DNA of 64,000 nt from NCBI RefSeq assembly GCF_009914755.1, contig NC_060939.1, one strand, 5' to 3'. The stretch comes from the human T2T-CHM13v2.0 reference genome, Homo sapiens. The position numbers were made by a program, and so were the translations under genes. The notes beneath the pieces are model-generated. The model did not search any database. It saw only the letters and a program-made list of their open reading frames with translations, and was not told where the DNA came from. Shown here piece after piece: positions 15,250 through 29,376 of the stretch (its first letter is position 1; each line of letters starts with the position of its first letter).

Positions 15250-16680
15250 CCTGGGCTTACTGACTTCAATGTGCAGTTTCATTCATCCTCACAACCTCCT
15301 AATGAGGTGCAGATTATGGTCCTCCTGGTGTAGATGAGAAAACAGGCCTAGGGAGGTGGCACAGAAGGGTACAGCCGAGCTTGAATTCAAACTGAACCTG
15401 TGCTCTCTGCATCACAGTGAGATGACCCAGGAGGATATCATGTTCAGCCTGCGGGCAGGGTGGGGCAGGGCATGAGCATGGACCCCTCTGCCAGCTTTGC
15501 CTCTGTGGTCCTCACCTCCCACATCTGCATCCAGAGGAAGAATTATGCTTGCATTTGCTGAGTGCGTTATACATCATCTCCTTTAATTCCCAGGTCCTAG
15601 CCAGGTACTGTTATTTGTCCCGTGTTACAGATGTGGTGACGAGCTCACTTGCTGACTTTTAGTAGTGGAACCAGGATTTGAGTCTGTGTGACTCTCTATC
15701 CTGAGTTCTTAACAACCATGCATTTAAAAAAAAAATTTATATATTATTGCTTATCTTGTACACCTCATTTATTCACTCATTCATTTGGTCATTCATTCAT
15801 TCAACAGATATTTGAGTGCTAGATTCTGGGCACTGGTTGTGACAGGGTGAGATGGGACAGTGAGTGTGAAAGACTTTGGAAGCAGAGTCTCTCCCCAGTG
15901 TGGGGTTAGGGTGTAGCCTGGTCATGGTCATTGCAGATTCCAGAACGTTTGTGTAACAAACACTCATATGGTGCATACTAAGTGCCAGACACTGTTCTTG
16001 GAGTTTTGCAGTTAGAATCACTTAATCCCTGTGACAACCCTGGGATTGTTATCCCCATTTTGCAGATGAGGAAACTGTGGCCCTGAGAAGTTAAGCGACT
16101 TGCCCTGGAGGCAGAATCACAGATCAGCATCCCTCCTTCCTTCCCCGAAGTTGTCTCAGATTGTTCCTTCAGAAAGAAAAAGAGTCTTCAGGCTTAGAAA
16201 GCTGTGTCGGATCAGACAAGCTGTGGAAACGGAGGGTTCTGGGCCCTCCTCCTGCCTCCCTGTTTCTCCTTTGAGAGTCATCAGTGTCTGAACAAACAAG
16301 TGGAGTCCTAAGCAGCCTCATTCCAGGCAGACTTCCTGTCTCCTCTCTTATCAGCCACTTGCAAGGCACCTTCTCTCTACCCTGCTCTCAAACTGGACCA
16401 TCCCTGCAAGAAGAGACAGCTCCTGTTTTCAATAATAAGAATAAGAATATCTGATATTTATTGAACATACACTATGCTAAGCATTTTATTTTTCTCATTT
16501 AATTCCCACAACAGCCTTGTGAGATAAATAGTATTATCAGCTCTATTTTATAGATGAGGAAACTGAGGCTCGGAGAAATTAACCAACTCACCCAAGGTCT
16601 CAGGGTTAATGAGTGGCCAAGCTTAGACCTAGGCTGACTGTCCAATCCAGTGGGCCCCGGCCTCACTCTGTTCCGTCTCT
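15250..16680. mobile_element. Cluster of MIR fragments plus a short L2 tail
   Basis: Repeated MIR core, e.g. TTTTATAGATGAGGAAACTGAGGCTC (16546) and CAGATGAGGAAACTGTGG (16063); CATTCATTCAACAGATATTTGAG near 15795. Confidence 0.7.
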
Positions 16681-17896
16681 TAGGGACGGGTGTTTTATAT
16701 TCTGTGTCACCTGTCTCTGTGTTCACTGTTCCCCTGAGGTGTAAACACCTGAAAAAAACCAAATTTGGGTTTTTGCCTCAAGTTTGCGGGCCCCACAGAG
16801 TTGCTGGGGATGGTGGCAGAGCAGGGTTGGGAGCCATTAGTACCATTATGGGCACCAGGTTACTGCTAGACTTGGCCTGGGAGCTCTGGCTTTTTGTCCT
16901 CTCTCCTTCCTCCTAACCTCAGGGGTCCTCACTGCAGCATCCTCTGCTCTCAGAAGGTGTACCCCTCTCCAGTAGCTCCCTAGTAGCTCCTGAGTCCATT
17001 CTACCTCCTTTCTAAGCTGGGAACACATGGAAGACTTCCCAGGACAGTGGCTGACATGGGCAGGAGAGGAAAGGGGCAGGGAGGGAGCTGGGGTCCGCCC
17101 AGGCGGCCCACACCTCCTTCCAATTGCTATGCCCAACATTCCTGCAGAAGAGCAGTCAGGGTTGGGATGCTGGAAAGAGAGGTTTAGACTTGCCCCTCCC
17201 CTGGCCCTGACCTAGCCGCCTCATTTCCACAGGCAGCTGGACCAAGGGCCTTCTTTTTGTCGGGACTCATGATCACAGGGTGAGGGTTGGGTCTGGGTCC
17301 CTCTCCCTCTTGCTGATGGGCACCCAGAAACCAGGCATTGCAGTACCACTTGGAAATGGGGAGAGGGGTGTCAGAATGCCAAAGCAGGAAGAGACACAGG
17401 ATGGGAAAGCGAGGCCCCAGAGGCCTTTGCCATCCAAACCTCAAGAGACAACCCATCCTTCCCCCTGCTTGTGGGCCAGCTGGAACCACAGGTTTTCCAA
17501 ACCCAACGCAAATCTTTCTGCAAAAGAAAGGACTCTGGGAATCGATTCCAGACCCTGCTTGACAATGAAGTCTGTGCTCACACAGGCAGTGCCACCAGAC
17601 GTTTTATGGAGTGTGGGCATTGGCTCACGCACTTGCCAAGGACATACAGGTGCTAGGCCCTGAGCTGGGCGTGGAGAATTTCAGGGGCATCCCAGAACGC
17701 TCCCTGGCCTCACTGACGTCTCAGCCTGGCAGTGAGAAAACAGACACCTGGGGTGCAGAGTGGCCCAAGTCCATGTCTGTCTTTGCCAGCTCTCAGCACC
17801 CACTGTGCACCTGGGAGACGTGCACCAGAAGCTGAGTACAGGCAAAAGATAATACCACTCACCCCTGCCCTCATGGGCTCTTGCCTGGCTGCGGAA

Positions 17897-17950
17897 GGCA
17901 GATATCATCTCGTGAGGAAATAGGGCAGATATCATCTCATGAGGAAATAG
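17897..17950. repeat. 27-bp tandem duplication (2 copies, 1 mismatch)
   Basis: GGCAGATATCATCTC(G/A)TGAGGAAATAG x2. Confidence 0.95.
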
Positions 17951-18812
17951 TCATTTAACAAATATTTATTGAGCGACTTACTGTATGCTGGGCACCGTTC
18001 TAGAGCTGGGTATTCATTCGTGAAAAGCAAGAGACAAAATTCTTGCCCTTGTGGATCTTCTATTTTCATGTATAAACATAATAAATATGTAAAAAAAATA
18101 GAAGGTACTAAGTGCTGTGGAAAAATAGAGATAGGTAAGGAAGATCGGGAGTGTAGGAGAGGGACAGGTTGCAAAGGTGGTCAGGCCTCATGAAGGTGAC
18201 ACTTGAGCAAAGACTTGAGGCATATGAGTGAGCCATGCAGCTGTCTGCAGGAAGAGCATTCCAGATAGGAAGACAGCCAGTGCAAGGCCCTGAGGCAGGA
18301 GTTCCCTGGGGTTTTCAGGTGTGCTCCAGTGTGGTTAGAACAGAGTAGAGTGGAAATGGAGGTATAACAGGGGACAGGTCAGAGAGGTAATGGGGTCCGG
18401 GCCATGGGGAGCTTGTCGGCCATTGTAAGGGGTTTGCCTTTTATTTTCTGTGCATCCCTTTTACTCAGCGTTTGAGCTGAGTAGAAGCATGGGTCCCTGA
18501 CTGCTAAACAGGGCCCCTGACTGCTGTGCCAGGAGTGGACAGTGGAGAGTCAGCCAGGGGAACCGACAGGAGGCTGTTCCAGAGAGTAGGAAGAGTGGTA
18601 GCAATGGAGGAAGCCAGCTTTAGGGTATGTTCTTGAGATAGAGCTGAGGGGATTTCCTGCTGGGTTGGATATGGGGTATGAAAGAAAGAGAGGTGTCAGG
18701 GATCACACAGTGGTTTATGGCTGGTGTGGCTGGAAGGATGCAATTGCCTTGAGCTGAGATGGGAAGGCTGTGGGCAGCGTAAGTTTTGTAAGAAATATGA
18801 AAATTTCAGGTC
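17951..18812 (-). mobile_element. L2 fragment
   Basis: TCATTTAACAAATATTTATTGAGC terminus followed by the purine-rich L2 body. Confidence 0.75.
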
Positions 18813-19265
18813 ACTGTGCAGGGCCTGAGAGGGCAAGGAGGGAACCCCTGGAGTAACTGAAGCATCAAGGGAAGCTTCTAGAGGTGGGGTAGGGGGCACC
18901 AGGCAGGGCCTGCAAGGGCGGGGAGGGCTCAGGGGCAGGGGTTGGGTTCACGCTGGGAGGAAATGTGCATTAGGTGTGCAGAGAGGCAGCAGAGGCTTGG
19001 CCTCTGAGCAGGGAGCTGACCTCCGCATTGGTTAGCATTGTCTGCCTCCCCCTCAGCCCAGCCTGCCTCCTGGGCAGCTGGCGCAATCAAGCACACACTT
19101 ACAAATCCCTTCTGTGAGTCAAGCCCTTCTGCTGCTGTCTCTCCCCATTGGTGGGGTGGACAGGTGAGTGCTGTAAAAGGGTGCAGGGTGGTGGTGGAGG
19201 GGTGTTCAGGACTGACAGGGTGGGCTTTGGAGCTAAAGACTGTGTGCCTCTGCATAGGTAGAGCT

Positions 19266-19266
<1 letters not shown>

Positions 19267-19318
<52 letters not shown>
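19267..19318. repeat. (GT)26 microsatellite
   Basis: Read directly from the sequence. Confidence 0.98.
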
Positions 19319-19321
<3 letters not shown>

Positions 19322-21315
19322 CGCATGCACATGCATAGCTGGGAATTCCAGGACAAGGGCACCATGGAGTCGGGGTAAAAAAGGTTGGGGTATGCTGCCA
19401 GAGACCTGCCTACTGATCCTTAGGATTAAGAGTTCTGGAAGGCTAGGTAAGGTCAAACCACAGATGGCTTTAGCTGCCACTCTGAGACTTCTAGGCTTGA
19501 TTCTGTGGGCAATGGGGAGCCATTGAAGACCCTGGGCCTGGCTTGATGGCTGTCCTAGCTCTCAGGCTTGAGCTGGGTTACATCTTCATTATGGGGCAAA
19601 GTGGAATCTGCAGCCACCTTGCCTGCCTGCTCACCAAGCAGGTGTGGCACTGCCAGGCCAGTGCTGACAAGTTAATTTCCTGATTATGAGATAATCATTT
19701 CCTAGGGAATCGGGCAGCCAGCTCCCGCCGTGGAGGCCTCTCTGGCTCATCTTTATTCAAGGCCCTGCTCTGCAGAGCTTTCTGCTTCTCTGCCACCTAG
19801 GGGCTCCTCTGGAGTCTGGCTGCGCTAGCCAAAACATCCCGCTCAGCACATATTTCACAAGCAACTGACCAGTTCCTCCTGGACTTTGTTTATCCTCCAG
19901 CCCTGGGCTCAAGAGATTAGGGCTCTTTTGCATTCCACTTTCCATCATTTGCCCCTCATGAGGAGGAGGCTTGGAGAGGAAAGATTCCAGAGACAAGGTT
20001 TACTGAACCCACAAAAAAGAGGAAGCCAAGAGGGAAACAGGTGAGGTGTGGACGAGCAATGGGAAGGCAGCCACAGGGCTCTCAGCGCCAGGCAGCCTCC
20101 CTCCAGGAACCGCTGGGCAGGAGGGAACAGATTTCTAATGAAGCAGGAAGGATTTAGGTCAGAAGGTGGGAGAATTTCCTGACTGCTAAAGTATCATCTG
20201 TAGGGGTTGTGAGAGGGCTCGGGCTCTTGCCCAAGGCTGGGGAATGAACTGAACAGCTCCTAAAAAGTATTTTAATCTCCAAGTGTTTATCGATCTATCC
20301 AACCTGTGTTCAGGGGCCAGCTAGTTCAGTCTCCCTCATCATCCAGATGGGGAAAGTGAGCCTCAGAAAGGGGACTGGGGAGACTGGACAAGACAGTGAA
20401 CTCGCCTCTGGAGCTTCCCCCCTGAGAAGGCCCCAGCTGCATCCCACCAGGGAAGGGGCAGATGGTCTTTGTCCTCCAGTTCCCGAGGGCGGGCACGGGA
20501 GCCGTCAGCAGCTCCAGACCCAGCGTTGAGCAGGAGGACAGGGTGGGCTTGTCCCGAGCACACGGGCCCCAAGAGTCAGTGTGACAGGTTCCTCCTACTG
20601 TGCCCCTGCACACTCCCACAGAGGAAGCTCCAGGGGCAGAGCCAGGATATAGAACATTGGTTCTGTCTTCTCGGCTCCGTGTCTTCACTGTCCTGGAGGT
20701 TTGAAGGGCATGCTATAGCTAAAAGGCTTACCCCACATCAGTGGCTGGCTGTCTCCCTGTGGAATGAATGGCCCTGGGACCCTATTCCCTCACACGCAGC
20801 TCCTCCCCAGCCGAGCATCCTGGCTTTGGCCATCTCAAGGGTCTTCGCTGCCCCGTGACTCAGCATCCCTGCCATCCTGGCCCAGGCTCTGTGCAGCCTG
20901 CATCTGAGGAAGAATGCCCACAGAGGCCGGCACAGGGCCTCAGGCCCCGAGTCAGGTGGAGGACAATTAGAAGTGGAAGAATGGAGGCCATGAAGCCTGA
21001 AGTGGGGCTGGGTCAACCCAAGGCCACACAGAAGGCCTATGACACAGTAGGGCAAGACCCCAGGCTCCTGTCTCCCTCCTGGGAGCAAGAAATTGATGGT
21101 GGCCAGGGTTTTCCTGGGTAGTCTGAGCAAGCCCATCCACCCAGTCTTTGGGTGGTGAGACCCGCCCCAGCCTACCCCCACCAGTGGTGCTGGGGGCTTG
21201 GGAGAAGACTGAGCAGGGCTGTAGGTGACCCAGGGAGCTGGCTGCGTACCTTCATCAGGCCCAGGAGGGGCACGTACGGCCGTTCACTGTAGCGTGTTTG
21301 TGGAGCGGGGAGTTA

Positions 21316-21677
<362 letters not shown>

Positions 21678-21775
21678 ACAGGAGGCCAGCTAGAAGGGAC
21701 ATAGAGGATGCACATCGTGGAATCCTATGTAGCAGTGACAGGCAGTGAACTAGATAGACCTTAAAAGTTTACATG

Positions 21776-22240
<465 letters not shown>

Positions 22241-22829
22241 AGGTGGAGGTGGCGTGGGGAGCTGGATATGTACCTTCACCAGGTCCAGGATCTTCCTTTA
22301 AAATGCATACTTTTTGAGGTGAGGGCTGATCACACAGTCTGATAATAACTGGACTTCACCCAACATTGGCCACTCTGCTTGGAGGGCCTGTTGTACCCTA
22401 CAAGCCAAAAATTGCAGACCAGCCTCCTTACTCCTACACTGATCGTGTCCACTAGCCCCCAACTCAATCAACCCTTCTTTATCCCCTTCCAACATCACAT
22501 AATCCCCCAGCCCCAAGCCCTGCAGAGGGGCCAAGAGCCCAAGCCTGCAGGCCTGGCTGCTGACGAAATGTCCCCTGGGAGAGCTGCCCAGAGAAGGAGC
22601 CATTGTTCCTTCCTGGAAAAACATACCAGCTATGGGAGGGGGTCTGCTATTCCCTGGGACCTCGGCAAGGATCCTGAGGGTGAGGCGGGGGGGCCTGGCC
22701 TGAACTCCTGAGGCTGCTCCTTTCCAGCAGCTTCCCCGAGCTGCTGCCTCTTGTGTCACCCCCATGGCCATGAGGGTGTGACAGAGGTGGAGCTCAGAGA
22801 GGGAGTCACAGGAGGCCCTGGTGATTGTT

Positions 22830-23125
22830 AGAGATGTAGAACAAAGAAACTTACAAAATAATGGTAAGAGTGATTCCATTTAAGTTCTAGAAAAGGCATA
22901 ACTAATCTACAGTGATTAGAAGCAGAGCAGTGGCTGCCTGGGGTGGCGGAGGCGGGGAGAGGACTTACAGGGAAGGGGCCAGAGGGTGACAGAAACAATC
23001 CACAGCTTGATTGTGGTGGAAGCCACACGGCTTTATACATTTGTTAGAACTTATCAAACTGTACACCTAAGATCTGTGCATTTCACTGTGTATAGAGTAC
23101 AGCTCAAAAAGTTTATTTTTATAAA
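22830..23125 (+). mobile_element. Old L1 (L1ME/MC-like) 3' end fragment
   Basis: AACTGTACACCTAAGATCTGTGCATTTCACTGTG resembles the L1M 3' terminus. Confidence 0.6.
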
Positions 23126-23879
23126 AAGAGTGACAGGAGGAGTCCTGGGAGGGCAAGGAGACCTAGGATCTCCTCCTGGGGTACCCCAGCTCCCTGTGTG
23201 ACCCTGTGCAGATTTATGGGCCTGAGCCTCAGTTTCCTCCGGTGCTTCCAAAGACATTATGTGCCTTGGTGTCTTGGGGGCAGGACATGGAAAACACTTT
23301 GGGTTGCCTAGAACAGTCATTAAAGAGGCTCTCCTGACAGAGCCTGAGGGGCTTTGGACCAGTCAGTCACCCTCAAAACAAAAGTTGCTCCACTGAGGGC
23401 GAGTAGGACTCAGGGCCTGCCCATAGAATGCCATCTGGAGCGGAGGAGACACACACAGGTTAGTATGGTGAAATCTAAGTGTAGATCAATACAGATGGGG
23501 TAGTGAGAGAGGAGAATTTTGTGCAGTCTGAGATATCATTGCAATCAGGGGAGACTTCCCGCAACAAGAGGCCCCTGCCTGAGCCTGAGATTCCTCAACA
23601 GTAAGAGGAAGAAGATGATCATCTGTAGCGAGGGTCAAGGCTCAGATTGTGACCAGCAGCCCCAAGCTGTTTGTCCTTAGTCTCTCTTCCAATTCTCCAC
23701 ATGCAGTACTCTACAAATGCCCCTCCTCCATAACTCTGGCACTTATAACCCTACTCCACTCAGTTTTAATCAGACTTGATGATATCACAGCAATTCCTGT
23801 TTTTTTTTTTTTCCTTTAGCTGAAGAGCTTTAGTCCATCATCAGGGGACAAACAGAAATGAGACTGAGATTCAGAATTG

Positions 23880-24135
23880 CTGATAGGCATCAGACCTCCG
23901 TCTGTGACCAGGATCAGGGCTCGGTGTGTGACCAGCATCGGGACTCAGACTGGGATCAGGAACAGGGCTTGGTGTGTGATCAGGGTCAAGGCTCAGGGTG
24001 TGCCCAGGGCCAGGGTTCAGTATGTGACCAAGGTCAGCGCTTAATGTGACCAGGGTCAGAGGTCAGTCTGTGACCAAGGTCAGGGTGCAGACTGTGATCA
24101 GGCACAGGGCTCAGTGTGTGTACATAGTCAGGGCT
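23880..24135. repeat. Degenerate 24-bp tandem array (about 10 units) in intron 1; orphan unit near 23625-23657
   Basis: Consensus GTGACCAGGGTCAGGGCTCAGTGT. Confidence 0.85.
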
Positions 24136-26199
24136 GGGAGAGGCCAGGAACAGCATTGGCCCTCACTGGCCCCACCTGGCCTCTTCCTCCCGCTCCTCCA
24201 ACTTCCCTGGGTTGCATAGCCAGCTCATGAAATAGCCTAGATAGGAAGGGTCAGGCCACAAAAGCTTTGTGGAGCCATCTGTGCAGTATTTCTTGAAACT
24301 GGGCCTGGGGTGGGGGCAGCAAGCTGTCTGATGTCAAATGCTGGGTCTCCTGAGTCTTAAGGCCCAGCTACCCCACCCTATACGCAGCTGAGGGAAAGGC
24401 ACTGGGTGATGGGGAAGGGGCCCATCCCTCTCATCCTCACCCCTCCCCCAGAGGCTTCCAGGGTCCAGAGAGTGAGAACCAGCTCCCAGCTGGCTTGAGG
24501 GCCTATGGGTCCCTTGGGAAATGACTGCAAACATTCCTAGGGGCTCAAGTAACAGGGCCTAGGCTGGCCAAGAAGTCCCCCACCAGCCAGGAGCCACCTC
24601 ATCCTCACCCACCCTTGTACTCCAAGCTTCCTCATCATTCCAAGTAGGTGAGATCACCCTGGCTGCCTGGACCAGGCTCCCCCATGAGGCCCAGGCCCCA
24701 GGGAGAGCAAAGCTAGGGTCTGGGAACTCAGGGTGGTGTGGGGTGGGGGATATGCAGGCAGACACTTCTGCCGATGGCTTAGAAGCCAGCCTTCCCCTCC
24801 TTGGCCTCATCTTCCAGACCTAAAAGCTGATGAGAGGGTCTTGGCAGCAGGAAAGGGGTGGGAAATCCCTCCATGGGACTCAAGTCCTCCCACCTTGCCT
24901 GCTCTCACCCTTCCTGAATCCCTCAAGAGCAGAGGACTTCAAAGAAACTAAGAGGAGCTTACAGCCTCATCTTATCACTTACCTGACAGAATCCCTGAGG
25001 CCAGAGAGGAGACGGAATTAGAGGCCCCAGAACCACTCCCCTTTAAGTCAGTGGCTGGGCTGGGATAGAGCCCAGGGCCCTGGAGTCCCCCCTGCCCACA
25101 CCCACTGCTGCCCGCACCCACCCCAGCCCACACCCCATCACGAACAGAGGAGATATTCCCTCTTCATTCCAATGCGGAATGGAGTCTGGACACCTAAGTT
25201 TGGTTTCTGCTTATTCCTAGTAACTCCTGCTCAGACTCCTGCATGCCCAGGGAGGAAGGTGGAGGGGCAGGAACAGGACGGACAGGCCCCGGGCTCTGGC
25301 ACATCCTGGGGAACAAGGGACCACAAGGACGGGGGCAGTCTCCAGACTTCCCCTGGGCGCTTGACCCCAGGCCTTGCAGGGGAGAGAGCCAGGGCCTCCC
25401 TCAGGTTGGTGGCCGGAGGTTGCAGACAGAGGAGGGTGTGGTCAGGTCTAGGGTGATGATGGCAGGAAGTGGTGGCAGGTGATGGGGGACGGGGGTATGG
25501 GGAGGAGTGGCTGCACCAGGCAGAAAGGAATCCTGAGAAGGTCAGGCTGGGTGCCCAGGCTGAGAATCCTGCCCTGTCAGCAGCCTGCTCTGGGGAAGTG
25601 TTTTCCTTCTAGCCCATCCCTTCCTGCCCACCCTGACTCCTGCCAGCCTGCATCCACCTGGCTCTGCCCATGAACCTTCAGGGACACACTCCAGGCCAGA
25701 AGCCCAGGGCTCTCTTGGTGGTTTACAAAGAATGCTGACTGCAGGGATGAGAGGAACGGAGGGTGTCTGGGGGCTGCTGTCCAGAGGCCTGGGGAGTAAG
25801 GACTCGAGGGAGTGCCTCTGTCAGGAAATTACATGGTTCACTCATTCCTGCCTCCAGGTCTTTGTTCATGCTGTTTTCCCTGCCGTGGACACCCTTTCCC
25901 GCTCTCTGATTCTCTAAATCCTGCCCCATCTCCCAGATCTTGTTCATGTCCAAGCTTTTCCAGGAAGTCTTAGCAGCTCCCACACCGCAGAGCTCGAGAT
26001 GTAAGCTCTTGCTGCCTGACTTCCCTGACCCCACACCTGGGCCCAGGACCTAACACCCAAGGAGAATGGCAAAGGGTTTTGGGGTATGAGAGGATGTTTG
26101 GGGTGTGAGGAGGTCTCTGGGCATTAGCAGTGGCCAACCTGATGCTCTCAATGTCATGCTCTTCCTCCCTCCCCCCTTCTCTCCCACTGCCCACTCCAG

Positions 26200-26308
26200 G
26201 TCTCCCTGACTTGGTCCCAGACCCCAACTATGTGCAAGCATCCACTTATGTGCAGAGAGCCCACCTGTACTCCCTGCGCTGTGCTGCGGAGGAGAAGTGT
26301 CTGGCCAG
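26200..26308 (+). CDS. LOXL1: LOXL1 exon 2 ([37 protein letters not shown]), start of catalytic domain
   Basis: Pyrimidine tract + CAG acceptor; donor AG|GTAAGG; 109 nt, continues the exon 1 frame. Confidence 0.98.
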
Positions 26309-29057
26309 GTAAGGAGCTGAGGCAGAAGTGTAGAGTGTTGGGATAGTCCCCGGGAGTCACCCAGAACCCAGCCTAGCTGTGGCTGCCAGCTAGGCTGTCT
26401 GCAAGCTGATGACCCTGGCCAAGTGCCCCAGCCTCCCAGGACCCTGACCGTTTCATCAGTGAGCCTTGCCTGCCCCGAGGGAGTCAGGAGGGGAGGGGAG
26501 CAAGTGGGGGCCCAGCATTTCTGTATACTGTACCTCACTATACAAGGAACTCCACTTTTACTGTGGCACTTCATCTTTATATGAGCCCTGAAGGCATGGG
26601 TTACCCCCTCAGGAAACTGAGGAGCAATGAAAGGAACTCAAACCTTTTGGATCTGAGCTGTTTAATGAGAAGGTTCCTTTTGGGAGCCCAGGCTTCCAGT
26701 GGTCATACAGGGACCCAAGGAAGTCCTATTGGGTGGATGTACCTGCAGGATAGAGCCCAGGAGTATGGAGCCATGTCCACAGAGGACAGTTGTGGCTTTG
26801 GCTGGTCCAGGCTGCCTCTGCCTAGTCACAGCAGGGGCAGTGAGCCCGGGGGACAAAGAAGTTTCAGTTATATGTTGCACTGGAAAGAGGGGAAGGAGAC
26901 CAGTTTCCATGCACCTAGAAGGTGAGCACAGCTGGCTCGCCATTATTCATGGGTGATCCTGCCTCTCGCAGTGTTTGCTTCTAATTTATAAGCAGTTCAT
27001 ATTCTGCTGGAACATAGGTGCTTTGCGGATACCTCCCTGGGCCAAAATAATTAGTTAAGATTATGTTATCTGCTTCTTTTGTTAATATCCCTTTATGTTG
27101 AAAGCACCTATTTTTCTTAATTACCTGCTTTTTGGACATTTGAACTCTCTGTTTAGTTTGACTTTTTACTATCTAGGAAACTCTTTAGAATCTCAACATT
27201 TTCTCATTTCTAGAACTTCTAGTTCACTGCCACTCTAAGTAGCTGATCATAAACCCTTATCTGTCTGTAACAAGATAAAGAGCTTGAACTAGAATGTAAC
27301 TCAACTCACTCCTTCATTGAGAAAGTCTTGCTTTAAAAAAAGAAAAAGTATCCGCTGAACTAAGCAGAGTGATTAGTAATGTTGTCGATGTACATTCTGG
27401 TGCAAGTTCCCGATCCCATCCCAGACTGGCATCAGTGTGGGAACTGCCCCTGGTCCAGGGACCGCAGGCTGAGTACCACTCAGCCAGCCTGTCTGGGCAG
27501 TTCTTGTCTTGTTTCAGTTGTCTTGGGGAAGAGAGCATAATGGTCCTGCTGGAATTCCTCCAGCAATGAGGAACTTACAGCCTCCATGACAGCCCTTCCA
27601 GTCTTAAGAGAATTAGTCAAAGTCAAACTATTAACATCACTGCCTCTTCATGAAGGATCCTGAGTGCCCGGACCTGCGCTCCCAGCTGGGGAGAGGAGGC
27701 AGCCTGTCCTCTGTCCTGGAGGGTCTCCTGGTACAGCTGGAGAGAACAGCCCTCACCTGTACCCCAGTGACAGAACCAAGACACGAGTGGGAAAAGAGCC
27801 AGAAGGACTGGTTCACAGGCCAGGGCTGCTGGAGGTCAGAGGAGGGAGGGATCAGCAAGGGCTGAGGCCTCAGAGGAGGTGGGCGTGGGAGTTCAGACCT
27901 GGAGAATCCTGCAAAACTGGAGCCCTGGGGCAGGAGGGCCCTCTGAGATCATTTCAAGTATGGGCCGCAGGCTGGTGCCAGTTCACATGCTGCAGGCAGA
28001 ACCCAGAGAAGAAAAGGGACCAATTCCAAGTCTCACCACCAGTTTGTGGCCAAGCTGGGCCTAGAACCTAGACCCTTATGGTTTCCCACGGTGTGCTGAG
28101 CCGAACAGAAGGGCAGGATTTAACCGAACAGAGGGAAGGAGGATGTTTTGTTTCAACCCAGACATAGACAGATTCCAAGCCTCCCCCAGACAAGGCTGAG
28201 GGCCTTTCATCCTGGCAGACAGTCTGAGCCGCCTGTTGTCCAGACATTCTCTCAAAGAGAGCGCTAATCCCTACGACTGGCCACCGCTCCCCTCTGGCCT
28301 TAGGATCGGACCTTAATGAGTGCCAGGGAAGAGCCCCTGAGGCCAACAGAGTTAGCTGTCAGCCGTCAGCTAAAGAGGGGAGGGGCCTTCAGCCACCCCT
28401 TCCTGTTCCTACCACACATGTGTGTGCATGTGTGTGTATGTGTGCATGTGTGTGTGTCTCCCCTCACTGCAGCCCCTCGTTCCTCTTTCCACCCTTTTCC
28501 TTTTGTCACAAGGCCTACCTCAGTTGGAAATCTGGAGTCAGCAGGTGACTTGCGAGCAGGCAATTCATACCAGACCCATGTTCCCTGAATGGAAAAGGGC
28601 AGGTTGCCAGCCTGAAGCCATGCAATCAGGGAGAGGTGGTCTGGACCCAGTGCAAGATGTAGATGGTATCGGGCTGTGCTGCAGTCAGTGCTGTTAGAGC
28701 TCACAGGCAATCCGGATCCTCTATGTAGAGCAATCAGGGCAGACTTCCTGGAGGAGGGGACTTTTGAGTTGACCCTAGGATACTGGGTGAGTTTTGGAAT
28801 TCTGGGTCAAGCAAACAGCATGGGCAAAAGTATGGGTCAGGGAAAAAGTTCAGCCTGTTTGGAAAATAGGCTTTGAAGCAGGAACCCAGGGTGTGTGGGG
28901 GAGTGGAAGGGCAGATGGGACTAGAAAAGTGAAGAGGCTTTGACCAGAGGACTTCACGTCTGTTTTTCAGGCCCACACCCAAGACATGGCATACTTTGGT
29001 CAACAATTAGGGCTCTGTCTTGTTATCAGAGACTTATCAGAATCTCCTGGATAGGAC

Positions 29058-29376
29058 TTTTTTTTTTCTTTTTTTTAGAAAGGGGGTCTCACTCTGTTGC
29101 CCAGACTGGAGTGCAGCAGCACAATTATAGCTCATTGCAGCCTCAAATTCCTGGGCTCAAGGGATCAGTCTCCAAGTAGCTGGGACTACAGGCATAAGCC
29201 ACCTTACCTGGCTAATTTTTTAATTTTTTAAAAATTTCTTTAATTAAATTAATTTTTTAAATTTTAATTTCTCACTGTGTTGCCCAGGCTGGTCTCAAAC
29301 TATGGGCCTCAAGTGATCCTCCTGCCTCGACCTCCAAAAAGCTCTGTAATTACAGGCATGAGCCAAAGTGCCTGGC
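29058..29376 (-). mobile_element. AluJ-like element
   Basis: Poly-T followed by GCAGCCTCAAATTCCTGGGCTCAAG (J-type). Confidence 0.88.
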
